In this document: positions 53,050-64,000 of the stretch, piece after piece
Numbering within the stretch: position 1 is the first letter of the stretch
Layout of the letters: every line of letters starts with the position of its first letter
DNA from: Piromyces finnis finn
Taxonomy: Eukaryota > Fungi > Neocallimastigomycota
Direction of reading: 5' to 3'
Length of the DNA: 64,000 nt
Assembly: GCA_002104945.1 (NCBI GenBank)
Contig: MCFH01000016.1
Span: forward strand, 434,001-498,000
Notes under the pieces: model-generated
Databases searched by the model: none
Seen by the model: only the letters and a program-made list of their open reading frames with translations
Told to the model about the DNA's origin: nothing
Position numbers and translations under genes: made by a program

Positions 53050-54460
53050 TTAAAGTAATAAAATGATACTCATAATTGTTGCTAAAACAATCATAATAAC
53101 AATAGTAATAATAACAATAGTAGTAATAGAAATAATAATATTAGTAATGATAGCAATAGTGAAGATAATAATTCTAATTTAGATAGTAATTTAGTTAATG
53201 ATAGTAATAGTTCTAATAATCCCGTGAATATTAATGTGTATGATTATTCTAGTGTGTGCAGTAAAATATTTAAATTCCTTCTTGGGGGAAGAAGTTTTAA
53301 CAATATTAATTACAATTCAAGGGAATGGAAAGAACTTTGTAAGCGTCAGATTCAATCTGGTACTAATGAAGGAACACCATTCTTGACGGTAACCGCGGAA
53401 CTTCTAACCAAAATCATGCCTTTTGCTATTAGCCAGCAATGGTCAATGTTCAAAAGGTTTGAAGCAACATCCAAGAGCGTCAATGCTGAAGAAACAGTAA
53501 GACAGGCCAGGAGGGCCAGCGCAACCAATGGAGATCATAATTTTGTTCCATGACAAAATTTTGATCTTTGGCTCGGTGTCCCATTGGAAGTCAAATACAA
53601 TTATTATACTTTAGTATAATAGTGGCTTTCTTACTTTAATTAAAATTACTAGAATACATTATACCCAATTTTTATTCATTTGTGTTTATTTAAACATATT
53701 TTTTTTTATTTTTATTTTTATTTTTAATTTTTTTATTACATGTATTATAATTTTAATTAAATTAATAATAAAGTTTAAAATATTTGATGCCGTTAAAAAA
53801 AAAAAAAAAAAAAAAAACAATCATACCAGTATTAGCACCATTTATTAAAGCACCACTACCTTGTAATTGGTTTGTGTCATATTCAGTACCAGCTTCAATT
53901 TTTTGAGCTTCTACATTAGCAGCGGTTTCTGGAGTAAGGGCAACCTTATCATATTCAATACCGAATTGTTGACAAGCAGTATTACAAATTTTTTCGGTCC
54001 AATCTAAAATGCCGTATGGGAACATACCCGTTGGTCCATCAATACCTCTTTCAAAATCATCATAAGTAAATTGATAGAGAGGGTTTGCAGCAATATGTAA
54101 ACGAGGTAATTGATAATCCCATAAAACTTCTTCTTCCAAACGAGCTTTGTAACCATCAACTTTTCTTTTCATAGCAACTGGATTGAAAATGTGTTGAACA
54201 ATGTTCTTTAAATGATTTTCAAAATATTCCTTAGTTGTACATTCTGATTGACCATTACAACCAAGTAATTTATTAAGGATAATACCTGGTTCATCACCTT
54301 CATCAGCGTTAAGTGTTTAGAATAGAAGCATTTGTTTTTGTCATTTCATAAAGTCACCTACATTTAATTGACAAGCTCCGTTAAAAGAAACAACAGAAAA
54401 TTTGGCAGCATATATTTTGGATATCAAACTTAAAAGGAGAATATTACACTTGACATTCAT
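53050..54460 (-). pseudogene. Inverted CotH pseudogene with a frameshift, an internal deletion of about 1.3 kb and a LINE insertion
   Basis: An exon-1-like start (MNVKCNILLLSLISKIYAAKFSVVSFNG) frameshifts to TGA. It joins directly, near 54318, to sequence matching the last about 540 bp of copy 4. The stop at 53050-53052 is separated from the rest by the LINE. Confidence 0.92.
53096..53813 (+). mobile_element. 5'-truncated copy of the LINE at 19680-25598
   Basis: Only a handful of substitutions versus the 3' end of the full copy, plus a repeat-length difference in the Asn-codon tract. Poly(A) starts at 53795. 12-bp TSD AAAACAATCATA at 53084-53095 and 53814-53825. Confidence 0.97.
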
Positions 54461-56604
54461 TTTTATATTTTAAAAATAAATGGATAATTTTATTGTTGCT
54501 ATTGTTGTTGTTATTTTATTTTATTTTATTATTACTTAATAATTTTATTATTGCCACTCTTTTTTATTTTTCTATATACAATAACAAAAAAAGTAAAGTC
54601 ATTTTTCAGGTACTAATAATTATATGTGTAATTATAGTTAATATATAAAAGTAAATGTGTCACTTAAAAAAAATGTATAAAAAAGATATATTAAAAAAAT
54701 TTTATTCCATTTAAAATTTAAAATTTAAAAATTATAATATATAATAAAGTTTTAAACCTTTAATGTTAATTTAAAATAAATAAAATGATTTTTCAATATA
54801 TTTATCATATATTATGGTAGTCAAGATATTCTATCAAAATTAATTAGGTAAAATGAGTTTCACACAATTATAATAAATAAATCGAAAAAAAAAAGAAGGT
54901 ATTCCGCTGTCATTTTAATCCACTTTTAATATGATTTCTTATAAGAAAAAAGAACGACGTAAAAATTGAAATATAATAACTTTTAATACATAAATAAAAT
55001 ATATATGTATATAACTAAAATATAAAATATTTAATAATAGTATACATTAAATGATATATATGTCGCAATAACATTATAATAGCAAAAAAATATTTCATTT
55101 TTTTTAAAATGCCTGCCAAGCCCTAATAAATTTAATTTTATGAGATTTAGTATAATTTTTTATTTTTCCAGGAGGGCAAAATTTGGCCTCCTTCCAACAA
55201 TAAGAAAGGATATGATAAAAATGTACAAAAAAATTTCTTTAAATTTTAAATATATGACTGTTAATATTTATGATATTAAAGGACGCACTAACTAATTGCT
55301 ATTAATTCATATACGAATGCATATATATTTATACATATTCCATAATATTACAAATATTCAACTCTTAATCATACTCTATAAATAAATATAAATACACTTT
55401 TATGTTCATCACATTAACTTTTTTTGTTACTTTTAAAAATGAATTTTGTTTTTTTTTTTTTTTTTAGTAAACTGATAAATTTAATATTATTAAAGGTTTA
55501 TTATTAATAAAATAAAAAGAAAATTTTAAAGTACACATTAATGAAATTTATTCTTCTCTACACCACATAAAAAATTTTATCAAGATAAAATTGTTAAATA
55601 ATAAAATGAATTATTAATATAAAATTAAATTAAAATGCACTAGTGGTTTTATAATTGGTATCTATCTATCCTTGCATTAACATTAGCTTAATAATTTATA
55701 ATTTCATATTTATATTAATACAAATATTGAAACGAATATATAATCTCTCCTCACCATATGTCATAAAAATTGGGTACAGACGTTTTAATAGATTCTGACC
55801 TGTTGCTGGGTATCAAAATTCCAATTCAAGCATTTTTACCAAAAATTAGACATTTTATAAAATTAGTTTTTCTTTTAAAATAGCAATATTAATAATTTTA
55901 ATTGATAGATAAATATCAAGCAACAATACAATTATTAATTAATTATATATAGATCATTAAATAAAAACTATTTAATAAAAACATTATTTTAATGCTATAT
56001 GTAATTTGCTTTAATATATTTTATAATTACTCTTATATTATAAAATTTGTATAAGACATCAAAATTTATTCTACAAATAAAAATATCAGAATACCTTATT
56101 ATTATTGATATATAAAGTAGTTAATGGTTTAACTACTTTATTAACTGGTATTCCTTTTCAAAGGAAATTACAAAAGACCTACAAGTAATAATCTAAAAAC
56201 AAAATACTCTAAACCTAAAATTTCTTTATTAGTAATTTATAACAAAAATATAAATTAAAAAATAATTAAATCACCAACTGGTGAATATAAAATAATCTTA
56301 TATTTTTTTATACATGTTTACATTTCTTTAATAATAAAATGTACATTAAAAAACAAAATGAATATTTATTACTACTACTTTGGTTTAATATTTATAAATA
56401 ATTAAATATGACATATTTCAATATTAAATATTAATTGATATAATGTAATTTAATATTAATACAATAACTACAACATAAAATAAAGTTTAACTTTGCCTAG
56501 CTTCTTTTTACTTGACTTGGTACTATCATTCATTTTTATAGAAAAGTTTATATTGAATTTAATGAATAATAATACAAAAACTAGTAAACTTCAATATTAG
56601 ACTT

Positions 56605-56712
56605 TAATAGTAATAATGAAATATACGTTTTTTAAATATATTATATAATCATAACATTAATAATAGTAATAATGAAATATACATTTTTTAAATATATTAT
56701 ATAACATTAATA
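56605..56712. repeat. About 55-bp imperfect tandem duplication x2
   Basis: AATAGTAATAATGAAATATAC(G/A)TTTTTAAATATATTATATAA repeated. Confidence 0.8.
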
Positions 56713-57846
56713 TAAGTTTAAATAATTATTATTAATCTATTTATTAATAAAAATATAATAATATCATACAAGTACTAACTTTATTTATATTAAAATATTT
56801 TGTTTTAGATTAATTAAGATAATGAAAAATTGAATAAAACATATATAAATAAGACTTACAATATATTAAATTTATTTAGTAAATCACTATGTGTAATATT
56901 ATTTCTCCTATTCTTCTTTGTTTAGTTATAAAATAAAGTTTACACGATATAATAAAAAATAAATTGATTTTTATATGAAGTTATATTAATTTTCAAATAT
57001 TGTAATTATATTGGTAATACTTTTATATTTAAAATGTTTTATTGATATATGAAATGTTTAGAATTAAGCTTACTTATTTCAATTATTTCAATGGGCTTTT
57101 AAAGAAAAGCTATAGTAAATATAACATATCATTAAAGTATATATGCATTAAAATATAAAACCACTTAACTATTGAAAATATATAATTATATAATATTATA
57201 GTTTTTCTTAAAAGTTTGTTCTGAAAAGTTATAGCCATGATAAATAGTTTAATTTTTTTATGTAATATTATATTAATAAACTCCTATTAAAATTCAGTAT
57301 ATTATTAAACTTATATTCTTCTAATAAAGATAATGGTCACCCATATTTATTAGCTGCTAAACCTTATTTTTTTTTTTTTTTGTAATACTATATTAGTTAA
57401 TATTTAATATATAAATTAATACAATGATATATTAATAATATACAAAAAGAAAATATATTTTATTTAATTCCATATATAATATTAATATTTTTTTAATTAA
57501 TTTAATATATATAATTTAAAAAATTATAAAAATTTTAGATTTATTGTGGTAGGAAGAACCAAGAAAGAAAAAATATATTAGTAATAAATTACTACATAAA
57601 AAATATGAACTTAAAATAATAATTAATTAAAAATTAATATATATCATGCATTAATTCGTTTTATAAAATATTAAATATAAAAAAGAATAATTACTTCTTT
57701 TTTTAAAAAAAAAAAAAATTAGAAAAAAAAATTAAAAAAAAAAATAATAATTAAAAAAAAAAAATAAGGATTTAAGTATATAAAATAATAAAAGAAGAAA
57801 AAAAGGATAAAGGGAAAAAATAAAAAGTATTTAATTTAAAATAAAA

Positions 57847-59830
57847 ATGAATTTTAAATCAAAGATATTCATATTAGGCTTAATTTCCAAAATTTATGCA
57901 GCCAAATTTTCTGTTGTTTCTTTTAACGGTGATTGTAAGTTAAATGCAGGCGGTCAACTTTATGAAATGACAAAAGCTGATGCTAATGTTCCACTTTACA
58001 CTGTAGAAGCACCAGTTGCTCTTAATTCAGAGTAAGTTAAGAAAAAAAATAGTAATATATACAAAAGTATTAAATAATAATTAAAACATATTTTAGGTAT
58101 CATTATATTTGCGGAGAAGTAGAGGATGTCCCACGTAAACTTCAAGAAGAAAATACTCATAATGAGCTTGTTGGTCGTGTTAACACTATAATTGATATGC
58201 CAGAATTTGGATTCCCAAATGCTAAACCATGGACTAGATCTATTGGTAGAACTGAACTTTTTGATCCAAATTATGTTCCAATCGTAGTTATTAATTCAAA
58301 CAAAAACTTTTGGGCTGGGGCTGGTTCAAGTACTAATTTCCAATCTATTAGTTTTATTTTAAAGGACAATGTTTTCACTTTCAATGTAAGTATTCTTTAA
58401 TTAAATTGTTTTATAATAAAATTATACAAGGATTAATTGAAATATGAAATATAAAAATATTATTACAACTATACATACTTAATTACTATTTGCGCTGTAT
58501 TTTAATATAATCTTAGGGTGTTAGTGCAAGTGGTAAAAATTATGATGAAAATAAATTCCAATTCAGAGTTACATTACCAAATGGTGGTATTTACAACAGA
58601 GATGTTTTAAAATTTAGACCAAGTTCATTTGATCCAGTATTTTTCCGTCAAATGCTTTATGGTGATATTGCTCATGCTGTTGGTAATCCAGCTCACGAAT
58701 CTGTAGCTACCCGTGTTTATTTAAGTGATGGTACTCCAATTGGTCTTTATGTTTTACAAGAAGACTGTACTACTGAAAGTTTCATTAGAACTGCATTTTA
58801 TGGTAATCCAGATGGTACTATTAAGCCATACGAAAAATCTGTTATTTATGATTGTGCTACTGGTGCTGATTTTAATGTTGACGATCCAAATTGGTTAGGT
58901 GCATTCAAAAATGATACTGAAGATTTAAAGTCAGAATTATTAGAAATGACTCGTCAAATAAGTATTCTTGATATTAATGATGCTAATGCAATTAAGAATT
59001 TAGATGAAAATTGGCTTGAATTAGATACATTATTAAGAGCTCTTGCTCTTGAATATCTTGCTGGTCATTGGGATTCTTACTGGTTCCTTACCACTAATTT
59101 TGTTACCTATCACCCAGCTGAAGAAACTGAAGGTCCACAATACAGCTGGACCAAATACAAGTACTACTTCATTGACCAAGATTTTGATCAAACTTGGGGT
59201 TCAAATATGAAAGCAACTTTAGATGCTGCTACTTATCCATCTAGACCATACAATGAATACATTAACCAACCAGCTGAATACTGGAAAGCACTTAACGCTG
59301 ATGAACCATTTGAACCAGGTACTCGTGTTATCCTTAATAAATTACTTGGTTGTGATGGTCAACCAGAATGTGCAACTAAGGAATACTTTGAAAATCATTT
59401 AAAGAACATTGTTCAACACATTTTCAATCCAGTTGCTATGAAAAGAAAAGTTGATGGTTACAAAGCTCGTTTATCTGAAGAAGTTTTATGGGATTATCAA
59501 TTACCTCGTTTACATATTGCTGCAAACCCTCTCTATCAATTTACTTATGATGATTTTGAAAGAGGTATTGATGGACCAACTGGTATGTTCCCATACGGTA
59601 TTTTAGATTGGACTGAAAAAATCTGTAGTACTGTTTGTCAACAATTCGGTATTGAATATGATAAGGTTGCCCTTACTCCAGAAACCGCTGCTAATGTAGA
59701 AGCTCAAAAAATTGAAGCTGGTACTGAATATGACACAAACCAATTACAAGGTAGTGGTGCTTTAATAAATGGTGTTAATGCTGGTATGATTGTTTTAGCA
59801 ACTATTATGAGTATCGTTTTATTACTTTAA
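57847..59830 (+). CDS. CotH-family kinase, GPI-signal-like tail (copy 4, 3 exons)
   Basis: Same motifs; introns at the same positions as copy 1; tail SGALINGVNAGMIVLATIMSIVLLL. Confidence 0.9.
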
Positions 59831-60127
59831 ATTAATGAATAAATTAACAGAAATAATTTTTTTTAGTTGACAAATCGACTTATTGATTTTAAGTCATTGT
59901 AAATTTATACACAACATAAAAAATTATTAATATTTTATTAAATATATATATAAGTTAATAATTAATGCTGCAAAAGAAAATTAAAAAATATTAAATCGCA
60001 AAGCATTAATAATATAGAATATAAAGTAGATATTATATTAAAATAATTAAAACAAATTAATATAGAAAAAGAACAACTACAAAAAATTATAATAAATAAA
60101 ATTATATAAAATAAAATAAATATTAAC

Positions 60128-60158
<31 letters not shown>

Positions 60159-60540
60159 AATATGTTGTTTTAAAATTATTTATCATGTGTACTTAAAAAT
60201 AATATTTTTTACTTTTATTAACTATTAAAAAAAGAATATCAAATCATTAAATCAGGTTAACTTTTCAATTAAATAGATTATTTTATCCTTTCGATTTTTA
60301 GTGGCATTATTTTTTTCTTCTTGAAAAAATAATACCACTAAAAATAATATAATAAAAATTATGTTTGAACATTTTATGCTTTAATTTTGTAAAGTAATAC
60401 TGTGTAACATTTTTAAAATGCAGGTTATAATGATCATTTACTACGAATAAAACATTAGTATTTTTTAAATAATAAAACTTTTTATTAATATTATTTACCA
60501 TATATTTTTGAAAATTTAGCATTACATAAACCACGAATTT

Positions 60541-60571
<31 letters not shown>

Positions 60572-60836
60572 GGCTAAAGATAAAAGTGATTTATATTTCA
60601 AATTTAGTATTAAATATTTTATAATAAAAATTCAATTTTAAAAGAAATTTTTTTTTTTTTTTTTTTTTGTGGATTAATTATAAATTAATTATATAATTTT
60701 AAAAAGTTTAAAATTTAAAAAATATATAAGCTACATAATAAAAAATTACTATAAAAAATTATTATCTATTATAATATTTAAAAAAAAAAAAAAAAGTTAT
60801 ATTGTGTGTATATTATTAATAAGGAGACTTTCAAAA

Positions 60837-62127
60837 ATGAAAAATCGTTATCTTATAAGATATTATCCTCCAAGTATTTATTTATTGATCTTATTAATTA
60901 TATAGATTCTTTTTATAATAAAGTATTCATTATTAATTACATTATTAATTATAAAAATTTTAAACAGCAATATACTATGAATATAAACAGTATAATACCC
61001 TAAAAGTTAAACAAATTGATTGTCTACAATTATATGAAGAGTAGCTTTACCTTTATATTTTATAATAAAATATTTTAAAATAATCTATATATATTCTAAT
61101 TAATAAATATTTATACAATTCTAAATATATAATATGTATATTGTTTATATTATCTTTGAAATATATAGTAAAAATATTGAAAATACTTTTAAATCAATAA
61201 TAAAGTCTGAACCTTTGATTAATAAAAAAAAACAAAATGTTATAAAATATCTATTACAGAGTAATGATTGTTATATATATATATATTAATAAATATGATG
61301 AATTTTATAATAGATATAAATATAAATATGAATAATTATATTTAAGAGTATATTGATGATATTATTTAAATAAAATATTTTATTAATATAGAACTTTTGG
61401 AAAAAAATTTTAATATTAAACCACAACCATTTTATCATTATAAAACTATTATGACGCATTCAATGCCTTTAACAAATTGTATGCTTAATAAAAAAGGAGA
61501 CAAGTAATATTAAATATATATTTAAAGTTCACCTATCTTTTTTATATATCAAAACTCTTTTTTTATGATAGAAAAAGAAAAAAAAAGTTAAAAGACGTGT
61601 TATTTTATCATATTTTTTGATGATATTCAGATTTATTTCAGGAAGTTATGATAGAACATGTAAAATATGGGATACTGAATCAGGAGAAGAATTATTAGCC
61701 CTCTCAGGTCATAAAAATGTGGTTTGTACCATTGCATGGAATTTACCATTTTGGTATATATCATAAAATATATCAAATATTTAAAAGCTTAACATTACAA
61801 TAAAAAATTGTATTAGTATAAAAAAAAAAAAGTGTGGAAACATGAAAACTCTTTATTAAATTAAATAATTCTATTATTTATATATATTAAAATATTTAAT
61901 TTATACGCATATACACTTTATATACTTTTATAAAGTGATAAAATAGCAACAGGATCATTTGATAAAACAGTAAAAGTATGTTTTATATTATTTACAAAAT
62001 AGTAGTAGTTTTAGAAACAGGTTCATTAATCCATAAATTGAAATAAAATACCAGATCAAAAAATAAAAAAATAAAAAAAACTTTCATTTCATTACATTTA
62101 TTAATACAAAATTCAATAATAATTATC

Positions 62128-62165
<38 letters not shown>

Positions 62166-63670
62166 CATTATCTAAAATATCAAAATAATTAAATATTATA
62201 CTATTACTTTATATTTTTAGATATGGAATGCAGAAAATGGGGAATGTTATCATACTCTGAGAGGTCATAGTGGAGAAATTTTATGTGTTACTTTTAATAA
62301 TCAAAGCTCCATGATTGCAACAGGTAGTATGGATTCATTATGTATACTATGGGATGTTAGAAGTGGAGATGAACTATTTAAATTAATGGTAAAATTATAA
62401 AATTTACTATTTTTAAAATTGTTGGTGCACGAATAATTAAACAAAAAAAAAAAAAAACAATAATAAATATTAATATTCCTCTATGCTAATTTTTTTTCTC
62501 TAAAAAAAAAAAGGGACATTCAGAAGAAATTGTTAATGTAGTATTTTCAAAAAATGATTTACTCCTTGCAACCGGTTCATTTGATTCAACTGTTTGTATT
62601 TGGGATACTAAAACCGGAAGGTATATATATATATAATAAAGAATTATCATATTATATATTAACTTGGAAGGAAAAATTAAAATTTTCTTTTAGTACTTTT
62701 AATAATTTAGTAATATTTTTTTATTATAATTATATATATTATTAATTTAGAAATATACATAAACTAATTGGACATCATAGAGAAATATCCTCAATACAAT
62801 TTTCTTCATATTCAAATAAACTTTTAACATCATCCTTGGATGGAACTGTAAAAATATGGGATGTATTAACAGGCTCATGTATTTCAACATTAACGTATTA
62901 TCCCGTATTAAAAAATAAAATCATTATATTAAACTTTCCTTTTTCAAATTACATTTATTAATTATACTATTTAATATATTTAATATGTAAATCTCTCATC
63001 ATTAAAATTTATGTAAAAAATTTACTGATATTTATTCACGGAACTACTAGTGATCATACAGATGAAGTATTAGATGCCTCTTTTAGTTTATCTGGAAAAT
63101 ATATTGTAACTGCTTCAGCAGATAAAACAGCCATATTGTATAATGCAACAACATATGATAAAATAACTGAATTTAAAGAACATGAGAATGAAATAACAAA
63201 AGTAAATTTTCTCATTCATTATATTTTAAATTATACTTAATACATACATTATATTATATAATTCAAACAATAATAAATAGAAAAATCGTTTGATATTAAT
63301 ATATTTATATACAAAAAAAGGTTATGTTTAATCCTCAAGGAACACTTATTATAACAGCAAGTAGAGATAAAACTATTAAAATATGGGATATAGAAACAAA
63401 AAAATGCATTCAAACATTTTCAGAATTTCAAAATGATGTATTTTCATGTTCATTTAACTATTATGGAGATATAATTATAACAGGTAAAAATTTTTTAATA
63501 TCAGAATAGGTTAACCTTTCATATATATGACTCTAATATATATTATATTAATGTATATGTTGAGAAAAAAAAAATTGTTAAAATATATCCAAATATATAT
63601 TTTTATTTTTCTTCTATTTATAGGATCAAAAGATAATAATTGTAATATTTATAAGCAGGTTCAAGCATAA
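60837..63670 (+). CDS. DAW1: Dynein assembly factor with WD repeats (ODA16/WDR69), 12 exons
   Basis: N-terminus [12 protein letters not shown] followed by EPLI; then [36 protein letters not shown] and the final ITGSKDNNC; TAA at 63668-63670. Confidence 0.9.
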
Positions 63671-64000
63671 TAAATAAGAAGTTCTTAATAGTAATATAAA
63701 GAAAAGATTTAAGATAATATTGAATATAAAATATAGATGAAAATCATTTAAATTATGGTTTTGTGTTTTATGTTTTATATATTTTTAAAGCAATTAAATT
63801 ATAAAATTCAATAAAAAAATTTTTTTCCTACTTAAACTTTATAATATTTTGACAATATTTCAAATTTTGCTATTTTTTATTAGATTTATACTTAATTTCT
63901 ATATATATATTTGTTAATTGAAAATTTTCTTTAATCACCCTAACTCCTTATATATATTAATATTTCAAATTTCAAATATTTGTTAAATTTTTACAAAAAA

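Noticed and set aside
53096-53813. RIP-like hypermutation of the truncated LINE
   Set aside because: The few differences include transitions in mixed contexts and a transversion; there are too few and they are not consistently CpA to TpA.
53762-54172. Functional 136-aa CotH-like gene
   Set aside because: It is an internal fragment of the pseudogene whose end reads into the LINE poly(A); it lacks a signal peptide and catalytic motifs.

Overview
Very AT-rich, intron-rich eukaryotic DNA. It is most likely an anaerobic gut fungus (Neocallimastigomycota), judged from fungal-type dockerins on a GH74 enzyme, Zn2Cys6 factors and a flagellar assembly gene. I assembled the gene models by hand from GT-AG sites and family motifs. 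In order they are: an Mx-like dynamin GTPase (-), coatomer beta' (+, 20 exons), a tetraspanin with a very large extracellular loop (-), a full-length single-ORF LINE with a 15-bp TSD (-), a GH74 xyloglucanase with three dockerins (-), a Pil1/Lsp1-like BAR protein (+), two tandem Zn2Cys6 paralogs (-), three intact CotH genes plus one inverted pseudogene carrying a truncated copy of the same LINE, and DAW1/ODA16 (+). Three things stand out. (1) The LINE 5' end is an array of structured monomers with sense-strand-specific pairing, a compensatory base change, a possible pseudoknot and an exact 213-bp duplication that looks like a template jump. (2) The tetraspanin has about 235 aa between its third and fourth cysteines, with four dibasic Kex2-type sites. 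(3) The GPI-type CotH array looks mosaic, as if reshuffled by gene conversion. All folds, identities and family calls were made by eye; no searches or folding programs were run.
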